Source: a virus
Taxonomy: Duplodnaviria; Caudoviricetes
IMG/VR virus record: IMGVR_UViG_3300011338_000078
Coordinates: 1 to 34,898 of that record
Reading direction: 5' to 3' (one strand)
DNA length: 34,898 nt
In this document: one piece after another, positions 16,742 through 25,127 of the stretch
Position numbering within the stretch: position 1 is the stretch's first letter
How the letters are laid out: each line of letters starts with the position of its first letter
Made by a program: the position numbers and the translations under genes
The notes under the pieces: generated by a model
The model's database searches: none
The model's input: the letters and a program-made list of their open reading frames with translations, nothing else
What the model was told of the DNA's origin: nothing

Positions 16742-17208
16742 TAGTCATGGCCATCGACCCAGGCTTATCGGGCGCCATTGCCGTGTTTATTGATGACGTT
16801 TTGATTGACGTTGTGGATATGCCAACGCATGAACTCACTCGCAATGGAAAGACCAAGCGGCAGATTTCAGCCTCCGCGCTGGCAGGCATATTCACCCAGC
16901 ATGACCCACGCCACGTAGTAGTTGAGCGCGTCTCCGCAATGCCAGGGCAGGGGGTAACGTCAATGTTTAGTTTCGGACGTTCGTTTGGCATCATTGAGGG
17001 CATCCTAGCCGCCTACAACATACCCGCCACCTACGTCATGCCTAGCGTATGGACTAAGGGCATAGGCCGTGGTGCAGGTAAGGACGCATCACGCGCACGA
17101 GCCTGCGAACTCTATCCAAGCCACCAGAAATCCTTTGCACGGGTCAAGGATGACGGGCGCGCCGATGCCGTGCTCATTGGCGCCTGGTACTTGAAGGGGA
17201 ACAAGTGA
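16738..17208 (+). CDS. ruvC: RuvC-like Holliday junction resolvase
   Basis: AIDPGLSGA, VVVERV, FSFGRSFG and DGRADAVLI catalytic motifs. ATGA overlap at 16738. Confidence 0.85.
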   Translation: MIVMAIDPGLSGAIAVFIDDVLIDVVDMPTHELTRNGKTKRQISASALAGIFTQHDPRHVVVERVSAMPGQGVTSMFSFGRSFGIIEGILAAYNIPATYVMPSVWTKGIGRGAGKDASRARACELYPSHQKSFARVKDDGRADAVLIGAWYLKGNK

Positions 17209-17402
17209 GCCTGCAAGACCAACGAACCCTCAGAGAGCACGCCGTGTACCTAGCCACGCAACTGGAGCAAGAGCGCAACGCATCACGCGACAAGACTGAA
17301 TTCTTAAAGCGACTTGTCCATCCCGAGGACTTAGGCCACGCCGTATCAACCGAGGTACGCAACCTAGCCTACCAATTACTTATCAATGAAAGCCAAGAAT
17401 GA
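17205..17402 (+). CDS. Hypothetical protein
   Basis: 65 aa, GTGA overlap, LVHPEDLGHAV. Confidence 0.65.
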   Translation: MSLQDQRTLREHAVYLATQLEQERNASRDKTEFLKRLVHPEDLGHAVSTEVRNLAYQLLINESQE

Positions 17403-18490
17403 AGCAACTATTACTGCGTCCATCATCAGCATCACGCTGGATAGCCTGCCCCGCATCAGCACGCCTGTCTCTGCAAGTACCTTATGAGGAGTCAGGTGAG
17501 GCGGCGAAGATAGGCACTGCCATCCATGCGCTGTCGGAGACTTGCTGGCAGTTGGACCAGGACCCGATGGACTTTGTTGGTAAGACGATAGAGGGTATCG
17601 TGATGACCAGGGAGAACGCTGAGTTTGCACTCGCTCATATCCGCACAGTGGCTGCGCTGGAGAAGGAACTAGGCACTATTAAGGTGGAGCAATACGGGGT
17701 TGCTTACGAGACCCCGCTTGCCAAGGTCGGCGGTACTGCGGACGTTGTTGCGTACAACCTGGACAAGTCGATCCTTGAGATTGCAGACTTGAAAACAGGC
17801 AGGCAGTGGGTGGACGCTGACTCTGCGCAGATGAAGATTTACGCGCTGGGCATCATGGGTAAGCTGGTGAAGGTATTCGACACTGTGCGCCTGACCATTG
17901 TCCAGCCCCAGACGGGTGAGAACCGAACTCACGTTACAACTGGTGACGAACTCATGGCGTGGAAAGCAGACACACTGATACCTGCTGCCGTGTCTGCTGC
18001 TGACGGACGCATCGACCCTACGCCAGAGAAGTCAGCCTGCCAATACTGTCCAGCTAAGATGATCTGCCCAGCTCAAACCAAGGCATTGGCCGCAGTACCC
18101 GTGACTGCTGACGTTACAACGCTAACACCTGACCAGGTTAGTGACTTGCTGGACAAGGCAGAACTGGTGGAGGACTTCATCACTGCGCTGCGCAAGCAGG
18201 CCACCAAAACATTGACAGAGGGTGGTGTGCTGCGGGGCTGGCAGATGGCGCCTAAACGTCCCACCAGGCAGTGGACTAAGGAAGCGGACGCGGTAAAGGC
18301 GCTGCTGTCTTGCGGCGTGCCCGAAACACAAATCTACGAGACATCAATCATTTCACCTGCTGCTGCCGATAAGTTACTCGGCAAGGACAGGAAACAAGTT
18401 TTGGATAGCGTGACCACTAAAGTAAGCAGTGGACTCACGTTATCTAAATCCCGTGGGCTAGGCGAGAGCACAGCCCTATTACAACTCTGA
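17399..18490 (+). CDS. PD-(D/E)XK nuclease, DUF2800/Cas4-like
   Basis: PSSASRWIACPAS, GTAIH, GGTAD...IADLKTG, QMKIYALG and CQYCPAKMIC. Confidence 0.85.
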   Translation: MKQLLLRPSSASRWIACPASARLSLQVPYEESGEAAKIGTAIHALSETCWQLDQDPMDFVGKTIEGIVMTRENAEFALAHIRTVAALEKELGTIKVEQYGVAYETPLAKVGGTADVVAYNLDKSILEIADLKTGRQWVDADSAQMKIYALGIMGKLVKVFDTVRLTIVQPQTGENRTHVTTGDELMAWKADTLIPAAVSAADGRIDPTPEKSACQYCPAKMICPAQTKALAAVPVTADVTTLTPDQVSDLLDKAELVEDFITALRKQATKTLTEGGVLRGWQMAPKRPTRQWTKEADAVKALLSCGVPETQIYETSIISPAAADKLLGKDRKQVLDSVTTKVSSGLTLSKSRGLGESTALLQL

Positions 18491-18510
18491 AAACTGAAAG
18501 CTAAACGCAA

Positions 18511-19083
18511 ATGCTAAATCTATCAAGTGGTAGCGGCTCTGGTAACTACATCCGCTTTTCGCCCCAGGCTAACGCTTGGACTAACAACAACAATGAGGAG
18601 ATCACGTTAAAGAAAGTGGTGTTCGACATCGACAACATTAAGACAGGCTGGCTATTGCTGGGTGTCGGTGTACGCGATTGGGTGCAGGATGAATCTGTCG
18701 GTAAGAAGGGTCCGCAACCTAGCCCCGAGCACAAACGCGGTTTCCAGGTTGTTCTGTACAACAAAGAGATCGGCGCTGCCGAGTGGAGCAGTAACGGGGT
18801 AGGGCCAAATATTGGATTGGAGCAGATGTACAAGGCTTGCGCTGCCGAGCGTGCCGCTAACCCTGGCAAGCTGCCCGTGTTGCAGTACGCGCACTCCAAG
18901 GCAGAAAAGATCGGCAAGGGTACGACTCGCATCCCAATATTCTTGCTGACGGGTTGGGTTGCACGTCCTGCGGGGATGGATGCGGTGGCCGAGGAACCTG
19001 AGTATGTGCCAGAGCCAGTGCAACCAGTACGCAAGGCGCCGGTTAAGGCTGCCGTGGTGAAGGACGATGACGAAATGTTTTAA
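18511..19083 (+). CDS. Putative single-stranded DNA-binding protein
   Basis: Beta-rich core and acidic-aromatic tail DDDEMF, located between the nuclease and the primase. Confidence 0.5.
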   Translation: MLNLSSGSGSGNYIRFSPQANAWTNNNNEEITLKKVVFDIDNIKTGWLLLGVGVRDWVQDESVGKKGPQPSPEHKRGFQVVLYNKEIGAAEWSSNGVGPNIGLEQMYKACAAERAANPGKLPVLQYAHSKAEKIGKGTTRIPIFLLTGWVARPAGMDAVAEEPEYVPEPVQPVRKAPVKAAVVKDDDEMF

Positions 19084-19099
19084 GCGTTAGACTGAACGC

Positions 19100-19130
19100 G
19101 CCGGTAGCTGATCCCTACCGGCTTTTTTTT
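19100..19130 (+). terminator. Rho-independent terminator
   Basis: GCCGGTAG, 7-nt loop, CTACCGGC, followed by T8. Confidence 0.85.
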
Positions 19131-19155
19131 CCCCTCGAATAACGAGAACGAATAA

Positions 19156-21162
19156 ATGGACACAGAAACAATAGCCAAGGCCTTGGGTAACGCCAAGCAG
19201 GTCAACGGGCAGTGGGTAGCCTCCTGCCCCGTACCTGGCCACGGCAGAGGGAACGGGGATAAGAACCCATCACTCTCGATCACCGAGTCTGAGGGCAAGG
19301 TCCTGTTCCACTGTCACGGCGGGTGCGACCAAAGGGACGTGTTCGACGCTGTCAGGGCTAGGGACTTGCTCCCCACAATAGCCAAACGTGAGGAGATTAG
19401 CTTCACGCAGCACCAGGCGCCGGTCTTAGAAAAGGAATGGGTGTATCGCAGTGAGGACGGCGACGTGCTGTTTACCAAGCGCCGGTACAAGACATCAGAC
19501 GCAAAGGGTAAGACATACTCAATTCACCGCGTAGACGCAACAGGTAAGCGCATTGCTGGACTCAAGGACACGCGCATAGTGCCGTACCAGCTACCAGAGC
19601 TGCTGGACGCTAAGACCGCGGGAAGGGCCATCTACCTGGTGGAAGGTGAGAAGGCAGCGGACGCATTGGTCAGCATTGGAGCCATTGCCACCACGAGTCA
19701 CACTGGCGCAGGCAGTTGGCCAGCAGAGATAACCCAATACTTTGCTGGCGCTAACATAGTAGTGATACCGGACAACGACGAGCCTGGCCGCCAGTACGCC
19801 AGACGCGCAATACAGAACCTGTTACCTGTGGCCAAGTCAATCCGGTACTTGGACCTGGACCTGATGGTGGAGGGTGATGACGCCTACGAGTGGGTGTATC
19901 ACGCCAAAGGAACGCGCAAGGAACTCGCAGAACTCGCAAAGCAGGCTCCAATCATCACTAAGGAACTCGCGGTCACAGACAGCGAACAGTTAGAAGATAC
20001 AACGCAAACAGAGCAGGAAGCTTATAACCCTACGCCGCAGTTGCTCAACATCGAGGCCTGGGACACCATTAAGGATGAGCCGGTCAGGTGGATCATTGAG
20101 AACGTATTACCGAAGAAGGGGTTCGCAGCGCTGTACGGGCCACCTGGCAGCTACAAGAGCTTTATAGCGCTCGACATAGCCGAGGCGGTGGCCACAGGAC
20201 GCCAGTGGATGGGTAACCAGGTTACGAACCCTGGCGCCGTGCTCTACATTGCCGGTGAGGGTCACGGCGGTATCGGGGCAAGGATCAAGGCCTGCAAGAT
20301 CAACCACCAGACGCAGGACGGGGCAGAGATATACGTCATCCGGTATCAGTTGAACCTGAGATCGAGCGCTGACGACTTCAACCTATTGATGGAGTCAATT
20401 GACAACCTGATAGAGCGCACGGGCATAGAGCTGCGCCTGGTGCAGATAGATACCCTAGCCAGAGCCTTCGGCGGCGGCAACGAGAACGACAGCCAGGACA
20501 TGGGCGCATTCATCCATAACGCGGGCAGGCTGCAACGCAAGCTGGACTGCGCACTCATGGTTTTGCACCACTCAGGCAAGGACGCCACCAAAGGATTGAG
20601 GGGTCACAGCAGCCTATTAGGCGCCGTGGATACGCAGTTGGAACTGCAAAAGCTAGAGCAAACCGAGCGCAAGGATGGGGTAGCAGGACAAGGAACCCTC
20701 ACCATCAGCAAGCAAAAGGATGGCCAGGACAACCTTAAATTCGGCTTTGAGATGGTCCAGATCAACATCAATCAGGGCAAGGAAATCGGCCTCGGGCTGG
20801 ACGAAAACGTCTCTTTAGCGGTCAGGGAGCAGCAGGAAAACATCGACCAGCAGCACAAAAAAACCAAGGTTCCACCGGCAAGGACAGGTAAAGGCGGAGT
20901 CCAAATGGTAGCCCTGGACGCACTCCACAAGGCAATTGCAGAGCATGGCGAGATGCGGGAAGTTGCTGGAAAACGCAATAAAGTGGTCCATGTTGACCAG
21001 TGGAGAGCAGCGTTTGAGGTTACTCAAATTGATAAAGTAGACATTAAAACTCGGTTCAATAAACGCCTTACATCCCTTCAAAACGCCAAAAAGTTGGAGG
21101 TTCACAATCCGTATGTTTGGATCATTTACAAAGATGATGGTCAAAATGATGGCGACTTTTAG
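19156..21162 (+). CDS. Primase-helicase (Zn-binding, TOPRIM and AAA_25/RepA-type helicase domains)
   Basis: CPVPGH...HCHGGC; VEGEKAAD and PDND; Walker A GPPGSYKS, IDTLAR, LHHSGK, LRGHSSL, KQKD. Confidence 0.92.
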   Translation: MDTETIAKALGNAKQVNGQWVASCPVPGHGRGNGDKNPSLSITESEGKVLFHCHGGCDQRDVFDAVRARDLLPTIAKREEISFTQHQAPVLEKEWVYRSEDGDVLFTKRRYKTSDAKGKTYSIHRVDATGKRIAGLKDTRIVPYQLPELLDAKTAGRAIYLVEGEKAADALVSIGAIATTSHTGAGSWPAEITQYFAGANIVVIPDNDEPGRQYARRAIQNLLPVAKSIRYLDLDLMVEGDDAYEWVYHAKGTRKELAELAKQAPIITKELAVTDSEQLEDTTQTEQEAYNPTPQLLNIEAWDTIKDEPVRWIIENVLPKKGFAALYGPPGSYKSFIALDIAEAVATGRQWMGNQVTNPGAVLYIAGEGHGGIGARIKACKINHQTQDGAEIYVIRYQLNLRSSADDFNLLMESIDNLIERTGIELRLVQIDTLARAFGGGNENDSQDMGAFIHNAGRLQRKLDCALMVLHHSGKDATKGLRGHSSLLGAVDTQLELQKLEQTERKDGVAGQGTLTISKQKDGQDNLKFGFEMVQININQGKEIGLGLDENVSLAVREQQENIDQQHKKTKVPPARTGKGGVQMVALDALHKAIAEHGEMREVAGKRNKVVHVDQWRAAFEVTQIDKVDIKTRFNKRLTSLQNAKKLEVHNPYVWIIYKDDGQNDGDF

Positions 21163-21191
21163 GCTGTTTTATGACTTACATATTTGGATGC

Positions 21192-21381
21192 CGACAAATG
21201 GACGACAAATGGTAGGAATCGACGTAAACAGTGCAAATTCGGTTTTCCGACAAATGGAACAAATGGCGACAAATGGACGACAAATGGACGACAAATGGTA
21301 GAAAAATGTGTTTTGGCATAGATTTGGCAGGAAAAGACAAATGGGAGAGCGTATGTCTTAATATACGCTCCCATTTGTCTT
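21192..21381. repeat. Iteron array and hairpin, putative replication origin
   Basis: ACAAATGG occurs 8 times directly (mostly as CGACAAATGG) plus once inverted. Stem-loop at 21334-21381. Immediately follows the primase-helicase. Confidence 0.8.
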
Positions 21382-21410
21382 CCGCCTAATGCCCAGAATC
21401 GGAGAACCAA

Positions 21411-22058
21411 GTGGCAACAAATAAACTTAAAACATTGGCGATTACAACGCCGACCATGCCGAGCTTTCCAGCAGACAAGTTTGACGTGTTCAAAAACGCG
21501 GTCATGGTTGAGCTGACAAACCGGAAGAATACCCATGATGCGGTGTGGGGTATTGATAGGCTGGTCTGGTTGGTGGATACCGAGCTGCGGGAAAAGGTGT
21601 GGCTGCAACTGGAGCGGGTCTGGCAGGCACAGGAAGAACGCAACGACGAAAAGCTGAACAAGGCGGTCAGGGGAATGTGCAAAGCCTACGACGCGATGGA
21701 GGCCTGGGCTGCGGCCAACGGAGTCAGCGAACTACCGGACCTGGGACAGATCGAGCACCAGCGCGAGGATGGAACGGTTTTCGTTGTCGTGCCAAACGAG
21801 AAGGCGAAGCAGCTCTACTGCCAGCAGTGGCCAGGGACAACGGACAGGCAGGTCTGGACAGCAGCAGAGATTGCGATAATCCTAGCCAAGCAGGCAGGCG
21901 GTCAGCTAGGCGAGATCAAGCGGCTGTGGCCAGAGAGCAAGCTGGTATCGGTTGGCGGTCCAAGCGGGTTCGATGACATGGTCAATGACCTGGATATGAG
22001 CAAACCGAGCACGCTGCCGAAATTGTTCGACACAAAGGCGTTTAAAGGGGCTAGATGA
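21411..22058 (+). CDS. Hypothetical protein
   Basis: 215 aa, GTG start with GGAG RBS, WGIDRL motif. Confidence 0.75.
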   Translation: MATNKLKTLAITTPTMPSFPADKFDVFKNAVMVELTNRKNTHDAVWGIDRLVWLVDTELREKVWLQLERVWQAQEERNDEKLNKAVRGMCKAYDAMEAWAAANGVSELPDLGQIEHQREDGTVFVVVPNEKAKQLYCQQWPGTTDRQVWTAAEIAIILAKQAGGQLGEIKRLWPESKLVSVGGPSGFDDMVNDLDMSKPSTLPKLFDTKAFKGAR

Positions 22059-22135
22059 TGCGTAGAAGCGATTATGTGGGGATGGGCATGGGTAAGGTGC
22101 TTGGCATGGCTCAATTCGATTTAAAGGCTTTCTGA
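22055..22135 (+). CDS. Possible 26-aa minigene
   Basis: MMRRSDYVGMGMGKVLGMAQFDLKAF. ATGA overlap upstream and TGATG overlap with terS. Confidence 0.35.
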   Translation: MMRRSDYVGMGMGKVLGMAQFDLKAF

Positions 22136-22572
22136 TGGCTGGACAACCGAAAAAGACCAGCGACCTAGCAGTGCTGGACTCGCTCCAGGTCGAGGAGATC
22201 GTGGCCATGTTTGAGGCCGGCAAGTCAACGGCGCGGATATGCGAGGCACTGGGAATCGGGCGGCGGGCATTGGAAATATGGTGCGATATGCCCGATAACG
22301 AGCATAAAATTGCTCGCGCGCGCGCCCGTGCAGCAGATGTGCTCGCTTGCCAGACGCTGGAGATCGCTGACCAGGCAGCGCCAGAGGAGAGCAACCTGGC
22401 TCGCGTGCGCATCCAGACGCGGCAGTGGGTGGCAGAGCGATGGAAGCCTAGCGTCTACGCTCAACAGCGCGGTCCCGCGGTGAACATCAGCATTGGAGGG
22501 TTGCGCCTGGATGCGCTGCGTCACGTCGAGGTGGTGCAGGACGCTGACACCATGCCGCAGGTCTGTGGATAA
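22135..22572 (+). CDS. terS: Terminase small subunit (Sf6-like)
   Basis: N-terminal HTH GKSTARICEALGI, ARAR...LEIAD and RIQTRQW motifs, upstream of TerL. Confidence 0.8.
   Translation: MAGQPKKTSDLAVLDSLQVEEIVAMFEAGKSTARICEALGIGRRALEIWCDMPDNEHKIARARARAADVLACQTLEIADQAAPEESNLARVRIQTRQWVAERWKPSVYAQQRGPAVNISIGGLRLDALRHVEVVQDADTMPQVCG
22564..22572 (-). promoter_or_regulatory. DnaA box
   Basis: TGTGGATAA is the reverse complement of TTATCCACA and includes the terS stop codon. Confidence 0.6.
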
Positions 22573-22591
22573 CCATGTCTCAAGCCTATGT

Positions 22592-22619
22592 ACTTTATAC
22601 GACGGACGTTATGTTAAGT
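22592..22619 (+). other. dif-like XerC/XerD recombination site
   Basis: 11-6-11 layout ACTTTATACGA-CGGACG-TTATGTTAAGT. The right arm matches the E. coli XerD arm TTATGTTAAAT at 10/11 positions, and the outer ends ACTT/AAGT are inverted. Confidence 0.7.
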
Positions 22620-22639
22620 TGTTCAGCCTGTGACTATCC

Positions 22640-22648
22640 TGTGGATAA
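22640..22648 (-). promoter_or_regulatory. DnaA box
   Basis: Second perfect TGTGGATAA. Both copies sit in the context CTGTGGATAACC. Confidence 0.6.
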
Positions 22649-22769
22649 CCTACCCCTGTACGCGGGGTACTGGCCCGTCCGCTGGGAGGGGGGCAGCCCG
22701 ACCCCCCCCTTTGCGCCAGCAGCGGGGGCGGCAACTGCTGCACCTAAACAGACACCGCCGCCCTAAACC

Positions 22770-24290
22770 ATGACCCCTACCCCCCTACCCGTGTCACCGG
22801 CAGCGCCCACTGCCCTAAAAAAAATAAAAACTGTGCCAACTATCGCGTCCACTGTCACCGAGATGACAGAGGCACAGACTGAGCAGTCAAAGAACCCCTT
22901 CATTGAGTGGGCGAAAAAGTATTACAGGAATCCTGTAGCGTTTGTCCAGGAGGTGCTAGGCACGGAACCGGATGAGTGGCAAAAGACTTTTCTGATGCAC
23001 ATTGCCAGGGGTGAGCGCAGGATTAGCGTGAGGTCTGGGCATGGCGTGGGAAAGAGTACGGCAGCGGCCTGGGCGATTATTTGGTATGCGTTTCTGCGGT
23101 TTCCGGTGAAGATTGTGCTCACCGCGCCCACCAGCTCGCAGTTGTATGACGCATTGTTCGCTGAGCTGAAGCGGTGGGTGAAGGCGCTGCCCGAGACGTT
23201 GCAGAACCAGCTTGAGGTTAAGCAAGACAGGATTGAGTTTAAGGAATTCCCGAACGAGGCGTTTATCTCGGCACGCACATCAAGGGCAGAGCAGCCCGAG
23301 GCCTTGCAAGGGGTCCACTCGGACCACGTCATGCTGGTGGCAGACGAGGCGTCGGGTATACCGGAGCAGGTGTTTGAGGCAGCGGCTGGGAGTATGTCGG
23401 GGCATAGCGCTGTAACTTTGTTACTAGGTAATCCGGTACGCAGCAGCGGTTTTTTCTTTGATACGCACAACCGTCTGGCGGGTGACTGGATCACGATGAA
23501 GGTTAGCTGCGCGGACTCTCCCCGCGTGTCGGAGGCGTACATCGAGGAGATGAAGTCGCGTTATGGCGAGGAGAGCAACGCGTACCGGATTCGCGTGCTG
23601 GGTGAGTTTCCCAGGTCCGATGACGATACCGTGATACCTATGGAGTTGCTGGAGATGGCCACACAGCGGGACGTGGCGCCTAGCTTGAGCGCGCGCCTGG
23701 TGTGGGGATTGGACGTGGCCAGGTTTGGATCGGACAGGAGCGCGCTGTGCAAGCGCCAGGGTAACGCGGTGCTTGAACCGATTAAGACTTGGAAGAATTT
23801 GGATTTGATGCAACTGACCGGCGCCATTGTGTCTGAGTATGAGGTCCTGATGCCGAGCCAGCGTCCGCACGAGATACTTGTGGACAGCATTGGCCTGGGT
23901 GCTGGCGTGGTTGACCGGCTGCGCGAGCTGAACTTGCCTGCACGCGGGATCAATGTATCGGAGAGTCCGGCGATGGGCGGGACGTACAGGAACCTGAAGG
24001 CTGAGCTGTGGCACAAGGCCAAGGCGTGGCTGGAGCAGCGCGACTGCACCATGCCCAAGGATGATTTGTTGATCTCTGAGCTGGCCACTGTAAGGTATTC
24101 GTTTACCAGCAGCGGGAAGATTCAGATTGAGGGCAAGGACGAGATCAGGAAGCGCGGGTTGGCGAGTCCGGATAGGGCAGATGCGTTTTGCTTGACGTTT
24201 GCCTCTGACGCAATAACGGGTGCTTTTGGCTCTGCGTCCAGCAATAAGTGGGGGCAGTCACTGCGCAGGAACATACCCCGCGTAGCATAA
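22770..24290 (+). CDS. terL: Terminase large subunit
   Basis: Walker A RSGHGVGKS, Walker B LVADEAS, LLGNP, and nuclease motifs GLDVARFGSD and SPDRADA. The true start may be downstream (GTG 22833 or ATG 22863). Confidence 0.95.
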   Translation: MTPTPLPVSPAAPTALKKIKTVPTIASTVTEMTEAQTEQSKNPFIEWAKKYYRNPVAFVQEVLGTEPDEWQKTFLMHIARGERRISVRSGHGVGKSTAAAWAIIWYAFLRFPVKIVLTAPTSSQLYDALFAELKRWVKALPETLQNQLEVKQDRIEFKEFPNEAFISARTSRAEQPEALQGVHSDHVMLVADEASGIPEQVFEAAAGSMSGHSAVTLLLGNPVRSSGFFFDTHNRLAGDWITMKVSCADSPRVSEAYIEEMKSRYGEESNAYRIRVLGEFPRSDDDTVIPMELLEMATQRDVAPSLSARLVWGLDVARFGSDRSALCKRQGNAVLEPIKTWKNLDLMQLTGAIVSEYEVLMPSQRPHEILVDSIGLGAGVVDRLRELNLPARGINVSESPAMGGTYRNLKAELWHKAKAWLEQRDCTMPKDDLLISELATVRYSFTSSGKIQIEGKDEIRKRGLASPDRADAFCLTFASDAITGAFGSASSNKWGQSLRRNIPRVA

Positions 24291-24319
24291 TTGGCGTAAT
24301 TAATTGGAGGGGTAAAACC

Positions 24320-24490
24320 ATGAAGATGACCAAGGCGCAGAAGAAAGTTGGCAAGGTGATGGGTGAGTACAAAAGCGGAAAGCTGCACTCTGGTGCTGGC
24401 GGCAAGGTAGTGAAGAACCCTAAGCAGGCGATTGCGATTGCGCTGTCCGAGGCCAAGATCAAGCCTAAAGCCATGAAGGGGAAGATGTAA
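24320..24490 (+). CDS. Small basic protein (DUF6496-like)
   Basis: KVMGEYKSGKLHSG...KQAIAIALSEA, RBS GGAGG. Confidence 0.75.
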   Translation: MKMTKAQKKVGKVMGEYKSGKLHSGAGGKVVKNPKQAIAIALSEAKIKPKAMKGKM

Positions 24491-24975
24491 TGGCCACAAG
24501 TATGCGCGACGTGCCAGCGCGCTACCAGGGCGCGATGAAGCAGATGATGTCTAAGACAGACAAGAAGTGTCCGCTGCCAACGCAGGACGTGACATTGAAC
24601 TTGAAGAACCGCGCCAAGGCGATTACTACTGCGGCGTATGGTCCAGAGAATCCTGATCTGCCTAACACCGCGTACTGGAAGAAGAAGGCCGATACATGGG
24701 ACGTGACAGTAAGTGACGCCAAGCAAAGCCGCTGCGGTAACTGCGCGGCATTCAATGTGCAGGACTCCATCAAAGAGTGCATTGCCAAGGGTATTGGCAT
24801 GGAGGCAGACCCGTGGGGAACGATTGCGTTGGCAGACCTTGGGTACTGCGAGATATTCGACTTCAAGTGCGCAGCCAGCCGAACGTGCGATGCGTGGGTT
24901 GTTGGCGGTCCTAACACGGGCGAGGACAGCGACGAGGAATATGTTGACACCGAAATGGAAGGGGACGAGGAATGA
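24490..24975 (+). CDS. Cys-rich protein with HiPIP-like cysteine pattern
   Basis: CGNCAAF...GYCEIFDFKCAASRTCDAW, with an acidic tail. Confidence 0.6.
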   Translation: MATSMRDVPARYQGAMKQMMSKTDKKCPLPTQDVTLNLKNRAKAITTAAYGPENPDLPNTAYWKKKADTWDVTVSDAKQSRCGNCAAFNVQDSIKECIAKGIGMEADPWGTIALADLGYCEIFDFKCAASRTCDAWVVGGPNTGEDSDEEYVDTEMEGDEE

Positions 24976-25127
24976 AACCTGGACTTTATGCCAATATCAA
25001 CGCCAAGCAGGCCCGTATCAAGGCTGGCTCTAAAGAGAAGATGAACAAGGTCGGCAGCAAGGCAGCGCCATCTGCTGCTGACTTTAGACAGGCGGCTAAG
25101 ACGGCCAAGCCGGTGAAGAAGAAGTGA
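24972..25127 (+). CDS. 51-aa Lys/Ala-rich protein (not in ORF track)
   Basis: MKPGLYANINAKQARIKAGSKEKM...AAKTAKPVKKK. ATGA and GTGA overlaps with neighbours. Confidence 0.75.
   Translation: MKPGLYANINAKQARIKAGSKEKMNKVGSKAAPSAADFRQAAKTAKPVKKK

Noticed and set aside
21192-21298. CRISPR array
   Set aside because: Repeats are only 8-11 bp, mostly adjacent, with no regular unique spacers and no cas genes. The Cas4-like nuclease is a common stand-alone phage gene.
21113-21301. 62-aa ORF (and antisense ORF 21159-21608)
   Set aside because: The translation simply mirrors the iteron repeats and overlaps real genes.
22575-22766. 63-aa ORF between terS and terL
   Set aside because: No RBS and a low-complexity product over DnaA/dif/G-C-tract DNA. 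It does tile the gap neatly, so it is not fully excluded.
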